DNA of 42,988 nt from Gemmatimonadales bacterium (GTDB taxonomy: Bacteria > Gemmatimonadota > Gemmatimonadetes > Gemmatimonadales > GWC2-71-9), in the NCBI GenBank assembly GCA_035710265.1, contig DASTDR010000472.1, positions 1-42,988 on the forward strand, in the 5' to 3' direction. The notes below the pieces were generated by a model. It saw only the letters and a list, made by a program, of their open reading frames with translations, searched no databases and had not been told where the DNA came from. This document shows positions 6,448-14,336 of this stretch, piece after piece. Both the position numbers and the translations under genes were made by a program. Numbering within the stretch: position 1 is the stretch's first letter; each line of letters opens with the position of its first letter.

Positions 6448-8177
6448 CCGCCGTCGCCGCTGCTCCCGCTCCCGAGGCGTTCCGCGAGTGCTCCACCACG
6501 GGACTGAAGATCAACGCGCAGGCGGAGGCGCTCATCAAGGTGAACGCCGTCGCCGCGACGGTCTCGCTGCTGATCGGTGGGATCGCGGCCGTGCTCGTGT
6601 TGCTGACGCGCTGGCAGGTCGTGCACCTGCTGTCGGCCGAATGGTTCTACCGCGTGCTCACGGTGCACGGCATGAGCATGCTGATCTTCTTCATCATCTT
6701 CTTCGAGATGGCCGTGCTGTATTTCGCCAGCGCGGTCCTGCTCAACAGCCGCGTTGCCACCCCGCGTCTCGCCTGGGCGTCCTTCTGGCTCATGGTCGGC
6801 GGTGCGCTGCTGGTCGAGTGGATGATGTGGACCGGGAAAGCGGACGTGCTCTTCACGTCGTACGTGCCGCTCCGCGCGCATCCGCTGTACTACCTCGGCA
6901 TCATTCTCTTCGCGGTCGGGGCCTTGATCGTCAGCGGCATCTTCTTCGCCACGCTCGTCGTCGCAAAGCGCGAACGTACCTACGAAGGATCCGTTCCGCT
7001 CGTGACGTTCGGGGCCGCGACCGCCGCCATCATCGCGGTCATCACGCTGCTACACGGCGCCGCGATCTACATTCCGACCTTCCTCTGGTCGCTCGGCCTC
7101 ATGCATGTCGATCCGCAGATCTATCGCATGATCTGGTGGGGCCTGGGTCACTCTTCGCAGCAGATCAACGTGGCGGCGATGGTGTCGCTCTGGTATTTGC
7201 TGGGCGCGCTCACGATCGGCGCCGTCGTCCTCAATGAGAAGATCAGCCGGACCGCCTTCGTGCTCTACGTCCTGTTCATCTCGATGGCCGCGGCACACCA
7301 CCTGCTCGTGGACCCGGGACTCTCGCCCGCGTGGAAGGTCTGGAATACCAGCTACGCGATGTACCTCGCCGTGCTCGCGAGCATGGTACACGGGTTCACC
7401 ATTCCGGCCGGCATGGAGGCATCACAGCGGCTCCGCGGCCTGACGAAAGGAATGTTCGAATGGCTGCGCAAGGCGCCGTGGAGTGATCCCGGGTTCAGCG
7501 CCCTGATCTTTTCAATCATCATCTTCGGCTTCCTGGGCGGAATTACGGGCGTCACGTTTGGAACCGAACAGATCAATCTCATTGCGCACAACACCTTCCG
7601 GGTCCCCGCGCATTTCCATGCCACCGTGGTCGGCGGAACCGCGCTCGCCTTCATGGGCATCACGTACTACGTGATTCCGTTGATCTTCCGAAAACAGGTG
7701 GCCTTCTGGCCGCTCGTGAAGGTGCAACCGTATCTCTTCGCGATCGGCATGACGATCTTCGCCGTTGCCGGGACGTTCGCCGGAACCTTTGGACTGCCGC
7801 GCCGGCACTGGGACACGACCTTCTCGCAGGCGCCGTTTGACGTTCAGTACCACCCGGCCGTGAACCTCATGGTCGGCATCATGGCGATTGGCGGTCTGAT
7901 CGCGGCGGTCGGCGGCGCGATCTACCTCGTGTCGACGGTGTGGTCGGTATTCTTCGGGAAATCGATCGCTGCGCTGTCGGGCGCCGAGATCCGAAATCTG
8001 CGCGCCGGCATACCGGCCGGCATTCTGCGCCCCCCGCCGCCGCTCCCCGCGGGGGACGTCGATCATCGGGGGCTGTCGCGCGGCACCCTGGTCCTGGTCG
8101 GCGTGTTTTTGCTGGCGTTCATCGCGTACTACTTCGTGAACTGGAAGCTGCTCTCCGTCGTCTGGAAGGTCGGATGA
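6444..8177 (+). CDS. heme-copper oxidoreductase subunit I, B-family-like but lacking the His-Tyr cross-link tyrosine (candidate NO reductase)
   Basis: All six canonical His are present (TVHGMS; WWGLGHSS; AAAHHLLVDPG; HNTFRVPAHFH). Where ba3 oxidases have GHPxVYFW, this protein has GHSSQQIN. A Glu lies in TM2 (FFIIFFEMAV). ATGA overlap with subunit II. Confidence 0.8.
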   Translation: MTAVAAAPAPEAFRECSTTGLKINAQAEALIKVNAVAATVSLLIGGIAAVLVLLTRWQVVHLLSAEWFYRVLTVHGMSMLIFFIIFFEMAVLYFASAVLLNSRVATPRLAWASFWLMVGGALLVEWMMWTGKADVLFTSYVPLRAHPLYYLGIILFAVGALIVSGIFFATLVVAKRERTYEGSVPLVTFGAATAAIIAVITLLHGAAIYIPTFLWSLGLMHVDPQIYRMIWWGLGHSSQQINVAAMVSLWYLLGALTIGAVVLNEKISRTAFVLYVLFISMAAAHHLLVDPGLSPAWKVWNTSYAMYLAVLASMVHGFTIPAGMEASQRLRGLTKGMFEWLRKAPWSDPGFSALIFSIIIFGFLGGITGVTFGTEQINLIAHNTFRVPAHFHATVVGGTALAFMGITYYVIPLIFRKQVAFWPLVKVQPYLFAIGMTIFAVAGTFAGTFGLPRRHWDTTFSQAPFDVQYHPAVNLMVGIMAIGGLIAAVGGAIYLVSTVWSVFFGKSIAALSGAEIRNLRAGIPAGILRPPPPLPAGDVDHRGLSRGTLVLVGVFLLAFIAYYFVNWKLLSVVWKVG

Positions 8178-9070
8178 GAGGTCTGGCGGGGCGCGAAGCG
8201 GGCGCCCTGGCGGCGCTCGGCATCATTCTGTCGATCACGGCGGTGTGGTGGGCGCTCGCCCTGTGGCCGCTGCCAGGCGATGTCGCGCCGTGGCTGATCC
8301 GCACGCGCGCCGTGTGCTTTGGTGCGGTCGCGAACGGGCTCCCGACGACCGCCGGTTGGATGGTGCTCATCGGCCAACCCGTGTACATGCTGGCGGCGCT
8401 CTGGCTGATTTCCGGTACCACGGTGCGCTCGGCGCTCAAGACCGTGGCGCGGTTTCGCGCCGGCCGCGGCGTGCTGGCGGCGACGGCAGTCCTCACCCTC
8501 GTGGGTATCTCGAGCGCCGCCATGCGCGTAGCGCGTGCCGCCGACCCCAACCTGCTCGAAACGGGTCAGCCCTCCCCCGCTCCGAGCGACCAGGTCCCCC
8601 GCCTGAACCGCGCGGCACCGCCGCTGACGCTGGTCGATCACCGAGGAGAGCAGCTCACGCTCGCGCGGTTTCGCGGTCGACCGGTATTCATCACGTTCGC
8701 GTTCGCGCATTGCACGACAGTGTGCCCGCTCATTGTGCACGACGTACTGGCAGCCCAGCGGGCGGCGGCCAAGCTCGAACCGGTCGTCGTCGTCGTCACA
8801 CTCGATCCATGGCGAGACGTGCCGGCCCGTCTAGCGACCATCGCAACCCGGTGGCAACTGGGACCGGATGCGTACATCGTCGGCGGCGCCGTTGCTGACG
8901 TCGAGCGAACGCTCGATGCATGGAGCGTCAGTCGGGCCCGCGACCCACGGACCGGAGACATCACCCATGCTCCGGTCGTCTACATCGTCGACCGGAACGG
9001 GCGCATCGCGTTTCCCGTGACCGGAGCAAGTAGCGCGGCGACCATTGCGCGCCTCGCGGATCGCCTGTGA
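8174..9070 (+). CDS. SCO1/SenC-family copper chaperone fused to a polytopic N-terminal membrane domain
   Basis: Thioredoxin-fold motif FITFAFAHCTTVCPLIVHDV (CxxxC) and downstream H in ITHAPVVYIVD. ATGA overlap with the subunit I stop places the start at 8174 rather than 7940. About 130 N-terminal residues carry 3-4 hydrophobic helices. Confidence 0.75.
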   Translation: MRGLAGREAGALAALGIILSITAVWWALALWPLPGDVAPWLIRTRAVCFGAVANGLPTTAGWMVLIGQPVYMLAALWLISGTTVRSALKTVARFRAGRGVLAATAVLTLVGISSAAMRVARAADPNLLETGQPSPAPSDQVPRLNRAAPPLTLVDHRGEQLTLARFRGRPVFITFAFAHCTTVCPLIVHDVLAAQRAAAKLEPVVVVVTLDPWRDVPARLATIATRWQLGPDAYIVGGAVADVERTLDAWSVSRARDPRTGDITHAPVVYIVDRNGRIAFPVTGASSAATIARLADRL

Positions 9071-9921
9071 GCGAACGACTGGCGGCGTACTGGGCGCTCA
9101 CCAAGCCGGGCATCACAGGGCTGGTGATGCTGACCACGGGGGCGGGCGTTGCGTTGGCGGCGCGCGACGCCATGGACATCGCGCTGCTTGCGTACACGCT
9201 CATCGGAACCGGCTTCGTGGTGGCCGGAACCAATGCCTTGAACCAGTGGTGGGAGCGCGACGCCGACGCGCGCATGCACCGGACGCGGCGGCGTCCGCTG
9301 CCGGCCGGGCGACTGGAGCCCGGGGCTGCACTCGTCTTCGCGCTCGGCATCTCGACCGCCGGGCTCGTCTGGCTGGGGACATTGGTGAATGGTCTCACGA
9401 CACTGCTGGCGGCGCTCAGCCTCGTGATCTACGTCGGCGTGTACACCCCGCTGAAGCGCCGCACGTCTCTGGCGTTGTTCGTGGGCGCCGTGCCGGGCGC
9501 GCTTCCGATTCTCGGCGGCTGGACCGCCGCGGGCGCTGGCCTCACGAACGCGGCGTGGGTGCTGTTCGCCATCCTCTTCCTGTGGCAGCTGCCGCACTTC
9601 TTGGCACTGGGGTGGCTCTATCGCGAGGATTACCGCCGCGGCGGGTTCGCGATGCTGAGTCGTCACGATGCCGACGGCCGGCTCACCGGCCGCCAAGCGT
9701 CGCTCTTCTCTCTGGCCCTGCTTGTGGCGAGCCTGCTTCCGGCGTCTGTTGATCTCGCCAGCAGCGCATATGTGATGGGTGCAATCGCCCTCGGTACGGT
9801 ACTGCTGGCTTGGAGTGCGATGCTGTGGCGCGCCCCAACCGCCGCCGGCGCCCGCCGGTTGTTTCTCGCCTCGATCGTGTACCTTCCGGGGTTGCTGTTG
9901 CTTCTGATTGCCACGCCTTAA
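9067..9921 (+). CDS. ctaB: protoheme IX farnesyltransferase (heme O synthase)
   Basis: UbiA-family motifs NALNQWWERDADARMHRTRRRPLPAGRL and 8-9 TM helices. GTGA overlap with the SCO stop. Confidence 0.85.
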   Translation: MSERLAAYWALTKPGITGLVMLTTGAGVALAARDAMDIALLAYTLIGTGFVVAGTNALNQWWERDADARMHRTRRRPLPAGRLEPGAALVFALGISTAGLVWLGTLVNGLTTLLAALSLVIYVGVYTPLKRRTSLALFVGAVPGALPILGGWTAAGAGLTNAAWVLFAILFLWQLPHFLALGWLYREDYRRGGFAMLSRHDADGRLTGRQASLFSLALLVASLLPASVDLASSAYVMGAIALGTVLLAWSAMLWRAPTAAGARRLFLASIVYLPGLLLLLIATP

Positions 9922-9928
9922 GCAGGTC

Positions 9929-9988
9929 TACGCCTGGGACGCGAAGCTGGCTCGGGCACTCGACCCCCAAAGAGCGCTTAGCCCACGA
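9929..9988 (+). pseudogene. 60-nt relic of an L,D-transpeptidase 3' end (homologous to 2381-2440)
   Basis: Hand alignment: 50/60 nt are identical to the last 19 codons plus stop of the gene at 983-2440. Frame is retained (YAWDAKLARALDPQRALSPR vs YGWDAKLARALEPQGALIP*). Five of the ten differences are synonymous third positions. The stop codon is lost. Confidence 0.6.
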
Positions 9989-12134
9989 CCTCCTTGACGG
10001 GCACCGGCCGAGCGGGCGGGGCCTCGGCGCGGCGCTGACGCACCAGCACCCGGGCGTCAACGGCCATTACGCCGGACGGAAACGCCAGCAGCGGATTGAT
10101 ATCGAGCTCCGCGATCTCGGGATGATCGGTCGCGAGCAGTGACACGCGCAACAAGACGTCCTCGAGCGCGGCGAAGTCGACCGGCACCGCGCCACGGATG
10201 CCGTTCAGCAACGCCACCCCGCGGATCGAGCGAATCATCTCGTGCGCATCGAGCGGGTCGAGCGGCGCCAGCCGGAAGGTCACGTCCTTCAGCGCTTCCA
10301 CGTAGATGCCGCCGAGCCCAAACATCACCAATGGGCCGAACGCGGGATCGCGACTCATGCCGACGATCGTTTCCCGGCCGCCGGTTACCATACGTTGTAC
10401 CAGCACGCCGACCTGCGCGCCGGGCAGCGCGCGCGTGACCGCCGCCGTCAGCTCGGCACTCGTGCGCTGAACTTCGCCGGCCGTCGCCAGGCCGAGGCGG
10501 ACCGCTCCCACGTCGGACTTGTGAATGAGTTGCGGCGCGACGGCCTTCAGCACGACCGGGAATCCCAGGGCCGTCGCGATCTCCGCCGCTTCCGCCGGGT
10601 GCTCCGCCAGCCTGGCCTCCGCGACCGGGATCCCGTAGGCGGCAAGCAGCTCGAGGGCGTCGAGTTCCGACAGTTTGTGGGTGCCGGCGTCGCGGGCGCC
10701 GGCCAGCGCGCGCGCCGCTCGGGCGCGATCCACGTCGATCGCCGGCGCAGGCTGCGTCGGCCGTCGAATCCATTCGTGCTGCCGGCTCAGCGCGGACAGC
10801 CCGCGAGCCGCCGACTCCGGGAACACGTACGCCGGAATGCCGGCGCGGTGCAGCTCGGCCCGACCCTGCGGCAGGCCCTCGCGACCCATCAACACCGCAA
10901 ACACCGGTTTCTGCCCGTGCCGCTCGGCGATGGTTACGATCGATTCAGCAACATCCTCCTGGCGAACGCCGAGCGGCGGCACGAACACCGCGAGCGCCGA
11001 ATCCACCTGCGGGTCGCTGAGGATCGCCTCGAGCGCGTGGCGATAATGCGTCGGGGTGGCCGACGCAATCATGTCGAGCGGATTGCGAATCGATGCTTCC
11101 TCCGGAAACAGCGGCTTCAGGCGCGTCACGGTCGCCGGTTGCAGCTCGACCAGCTCGAGCCCGTGGGCTTCGAGCGCGTCGGCGGCGAGGATCGCCGGAC
11201 CACCGGAGTTGGTGATGACCGCCGTGCGTCGCGAGCGCGGCATGGGACGCCCCGTAAACGCCATCGCCATGTCGAACAGCTCTTCGATCGACTCCGCCCG
11301 CAGCACGCCCGACTGCGCGAGCAGCGCGTCGACCGCGACGTCGCTGGCCGCCAGCGCGCCCGTGTGTGAGGAGGCCGCGCGGGCGCCCACCTGCGAACGG
11401 CCGGACTTCACCACGATGATCGGTTTGGTGCGCGTGATCCGGGACGCCAGCTCACGGAAGCGCCGGGGATTGCCGAAGCTCTCGACATACATCAGGATCA
11501 CACCGACCGCTGGGTCCCGCTCCCAGTATTCCAGGAGGTCGTTCCCGCTCACGTCCGGCTTGTTGCCCACCGACACGAATTGCGAAATCCCAATGCCGTA
11601 TTCGGCCGCATGATCGATGACGTTCAACCCCAGGGCACCCGACTGCGACACGAACGCAGCGCGTCCCTGCGGCGGCATCGCAGGCGCGAACGTCGCGTTC
11701 ATCGAGATTCCGTGGTCGGTGTTGAGCACCCCCATGCAGTTGGGTCCCACCATCCGCATCCCGTATTGGCGCACGATGTCCACGAGCTGCCGCTCGCGAT
11801 CGACGCCCACGCCGCCGATTTCTCGAAATCCCGCCGAGATGACCACGAGTCCGCGGACGCCGGCCTGACCACACCCGCGCGCCACATCCAAAACACGCTC
11901 CTTGGGCACCACGATGACCGCGAGGTCGATGGGCTCGGGAATGGCGCCGATGTTGGGATAGGCGCGCACGGACTGGATCGAGCTCGCGTTGGGATTGACC
12001 GGATACACGGCGCCGGTGAAGCCGTAGCGCAACAGGTTCGCGAAGATTTGATGCCCGATCGTATCGGACATGCGCGAGGCGCCGATCACGGCGATCGAGC
12101 GCGGCTTGAGGATGGCATCGAGGTTGTGCGTCAT
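9978..12134 (-). CDS. ADP-forming acetyl/acyl-CoA synthetase (fused alpha-beta, CoA-binding + ATP-grasp)
   Basis: PRSIAVIGASR CoA-binding start, VGPNCMGV, succinyl-CoA-synthetase-like ligase region, C-terminal ATP-grasp. 718 aa with no GNAT tail. Confidence 0.75.
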   Translation of the reverse strand: MTHNLDAILKPRSIAVIGASRMSDTIGHQIFANLLRYGFTGAVYPVNPNASSIQSVRAYPNIGAIPEPIDLAVIVVPKERVLDVARGCGQAGVRGLVVISAGFREIGGVGVDRERQLVDIVRQYGMRMVGPNCMGVLNTDHGISMNATFAPAMPPQGRAAFVSQSGALGLNVIDHAAEYGIGISQFVSVGNKPDVSGNDLLEYWERDPAVGVILMYVESFGNPRRFRELASRITRTKPIIVVKSGRSQVGARAASSHTGALAASDVAVDALLAQSGVLRAESIEELFDMAMAFTGRPMPRSRRTAVITNSGGPAILAADALEAHGLELVELQPATVTRLKPLFPEEASIRNPLDMIASATPTHYRHALEAILSDPQVDSALAVFVPPLGVRQEDVAESIVTIAERHGQKPVFAVLMGREGLPQGRAELHRAGIPAYVFPESAARGLSALSRQHEWIRRPTQPAPAIDVDRARAARALAGARDAGTHKLSELDALELLAAYGIPVAEARLAEHPAEAAEIATALGFPVVLKAVAPQLIHKSDVGAVRLGLATAGEVQRTSAELTAAVTRALPGAQVGVLVQRMVTGGRETIVGMSRDPAFGPLVMFGLGGIYVEALKDVTFRLAPLDPLDAHEMIRSIRGVALLNGIRGAVPVDFAALEDVLLRVSLLATDHPEIAELDINPLLAFPSGVMAVDARVLVRQRRAEAPPARPVPVKEVVG

Positions 12135-13924
12135 CTGACCCTGAGAGCGTTGAGGATCACCGCGGCATCCAGCGCTTCCTGCATGACGGCGCCCGCGGCG
12201 GGGGTGATGTGTCCAAGACTCGCGACGACCATCAGCGCGAAGCTCACGCCGAGGCCGACGCCGATACTCTGCAGCGCGATCTGGCGCATGCGCCGGCTGA
12301 TCGCCATGGCATCGCCGAGCCGCGCGATGTCGTCCACCAGCAGCACGACGTCGGCTGCCTCGGCGGACACCGCGGTGCCGTGCGCTCCCATCGCGACACC
12401 GACCGTCGCGGCCGCCAGTGCCGGCGCGTCGTTGATCCCATCGCCGACCATCAGGACGTTGCCGTGGCGCTTCGCCAGCTCCCGGACGGCGGCCACCTTG
12501 TCCGCCGGCAACAGATTGGCGCGCACGGTGCGGATGCCGGCCTGCGCGGCGATTGCTTCGGCGGGCGCTTCGCGATCCCCCGTGAGCATCACGGTGTCGC
12601 GCACGCCCAGGACCGCGAGGTGCTGCATCAGGGCGGGCACTTGATGACGCAGCCGGTCGGCGAAGTGAATCGCGCCCACGATTCTGCCATCCACGGCGAC
12701 GTGTGCGGTCGTGCCGTCGCTCGTGTGTTCGGGCGCGGAGATCCCCACGTCGCGCAGGTGCCGCACTGAGCCGATCTCCACTCGACGACCCTCGACCACT
12801 CCCGAGACTCCGCGCCCGGGGCTCTCGCGAAACCCGGTGACCGACGGGAGTGGGCGTCCGCCCGCGCGATCGCGGCTCGCATCCACGACGGCATGGCCGA
12901 GATGATGGGATGACAACTGCTCGACGGCCGCGGCGAGGCGCAGGACCTCCGGCGCGGCCATGCCGTTCAGTCCTTCGACATGGGCAACCATGGGCTGCCC
13001 CAGCGTCAGCGTGCCGGTCTTATCGAAGACCACCGCCTGGGCGCGGCCGAGCTGCTCGATCGCGCGGCCATGCTTCACGATCACCCCGAGATCCGCGGCG
13101 CGACTGATCCCCGCGATCACCGCGACGGGCGTCGCGAGAATCAATGGACAGGGCGTCGCCACGACGAGAACCGCCAGGATGCTCGTCGTCGTACCCGTCA
13201 CGAGGAACGCGATGCCACACATCAGCAGCGTGACCGGGGTGAACCACACCGCGAACCGGTCCGCCAGACGCTGGATCGGCGGTTTCTCCCGTCTCGCTTG
13301 CTCGACCAGCAACACGATCTGCTGGTACTGACTCTGCGCGCTCGCGCGCAGGGCGCGGACGCGCAACGCGCCATCGAGGTTCACGCTGCCGCTCAGGAGA
13401 TGCGTGCCGGCGACCGCGCGCAGCGGCAGCGGCTCGCCCGTAAGCGCCGACTGATCGACGCTCGACGTGCCGTCGATCACTTCGGCATCCACCGGCACGA
13501 GATCGCCGGGCCGCACCAGAATCTCGTCTCCCACGACCACCGTCTCCACGGGGACATCCTCGACCTCGGCGCCACGCATGCGATGCGCTACCTTCGGCGC
13601 CCGAGCCATGAGTGCCTCGAGTGAGCTCGAGGCTCGCCGCATCGCGTACGCTTCGAGCGCCTCCCCGCCGGATTGCATCAGCACGATGACGACGCCCGCA
13701 AAGTACTGCCCCAGGATGATAGCCGTGACGATCGCGAGCGTCGCGACGATGTCCGCGGCAAATCGGCCGCGGAACACCCCCGTCACCGTCTTCAGGACCA
13801 GCGGGATGCCGCCCGCGAGCACCGTACCGAGAAAGACTGCGTCGGAGCCCGTGAGGAGTCCCACCACCAGACCGGCGGCGGCGAGTAGCGCGATCAGCCG
13901 GTGCGCGTCAGCTTTGTTGCGCAT
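12131..13924 (-). CDS. P1B-type heavy-metal ATPase with TPCP transmembrane motif and no soluble metal-binding domain
   Basis: TGEPLP, DKTGTLT, GDGINDAPAL, and TM motif VVATPCPLILATP. ATGA overlap with the downstream synthetase. ATG at 13924 (MRNKADAH) preferred over TTG at 13933. Confidence 0.8.
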   Translation of the reverse strand: MRNKADAHRLIALLAAAGLVVGLLTGSDAVFLGTVLAGGIPLVLKTVTGVFRGRFAADIVATLAIVTAIILGQYFAGVVIVLMQSGGEALEAYAMRRASSSLEALMARAPKVAHRMRGAEVEDVPVETVVVGDEILVRPGDLVPVDAEVIDGTSSVDQSALTGEPLPLRAVAGTHLLSGSVNLDGALRVRALRASAQSQYQQIVLLVEQARREKPPIQRLADRFAVWFTPVTLLMCGIAFLVTGTTTSILAVLVVATPCPLILATPVAVIAGISRAADLGVIVKHGRAIEQLGRAQAVVFDKTGTLTLGQPMVAHVEGLNGMAAPEVLRLAAAVEQLSSHHLGHAVVDASRDRAGGRPLPSVTGFRESPGRGVSGVVEGRRVEIGSVRHLRDVGISAPEHTSDGTTAHVAVDGRIVGAIHFADRLRHQVPALMQHLAVLGVRDTVMLTGDREAPAEAIAAQAGIRTVRANLLPADKVAAVRELAKRHGNVLMVGDGINDAPALAAATVGVAMGAHGTAVSAEAADVVLLVDDIARLGDAMAISRRMRQIALQSIGVGLGVSFALMVVASLGHITPAAGAVMQEALDAAVILNALRVR

Positions 13925-14330
13925 GGTCGACAAGGCGGTGACGGCGCTGGCCAGGGCGAGCTACGATCGCTGCTGCAAGGCGCCCGATTTCCTGCAGGCG
14001 TTCTACCGGCATTTCCTCGCGGCATGTCCCGAGGCCGCGCCGCGGTTCGCCCGGACGGACTTCGAGCAGCAGACCAGGCTGTTGCGACACGCGATCGGCC
14101 TGCTGCTCATCTTCCCGACACAGCCACCGAAAGAGCCGCCACTGCTCGCGCGGCTCGCCGAGCGGCACAGCCGGCGCGATCTCGACATCGATCCCGCGTT
14201 CTACCGCCCGTTCATCGAATCCCTCATCGCGACGGTCAAACAGTACGACGGCGAGTGCACTCCTGCCATTGAAGCGGCCTGGCGGGAGACGGTTGCACCC
14301 GGCGTGCAGTACATGACGTCCAAGCATTAG
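13923..14330 (+). CDS. single-domain globin (sensor-globin-like lineage)
   Basis: MVDKAVTALARASYDRCCKAPDFLQAFYRHFL...LLRHAIGLLL...AERHSRRDLDIDPAFYRPFIESL has the helix pattern and His positions of bacterial single-domain globins. The start is uncertain: ATG 13923 or in-frame GTG 13938. Confidence 0.55.
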   Translation: MVDKAVTALARASYDRCCKAPDFLQAFYRHFLAACPEAAPRFARTDFEQQTRLLRHAIGLLLIFPTQPPKEPPLLARLAERHSRRDLDIDPAFYRPFIESLIATVKQYDGECTPAIEAAWRETVAPGVQYMTSKH

Positions 14331-14336
14331 CCATCC

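Noticed and set aside
7940-8173. Longer SCO start at 7940. Similar track over-extensions affect nosF (to 25251), cbaA (to 16025), cbaB (to 16480), the kinase (to 17815), the 4-TM gene (to 22793) and the OmpA protein (to 33823).
   Set aside because: Each extension overlaps the preceding gene in another frame and is Arg/Gly-rich. In every case an ATGA, GTGA or 1-nt overlap start gives a product beginning with the expected domain or signal peptide.
6444-8177. Reading the first oxidase simply as a second ba3-type O2 reductase paralogue.
   Set aside because: Not fully excluded. The Tyr-to-Gln replacement at the cross-link position, the loss of the following FW, and the Rrf2 (NsrR-like) gene at the head of the operon make a plain O2 reductase less likely. 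It is therefore reported as a finding rather than annotated as cbaA.
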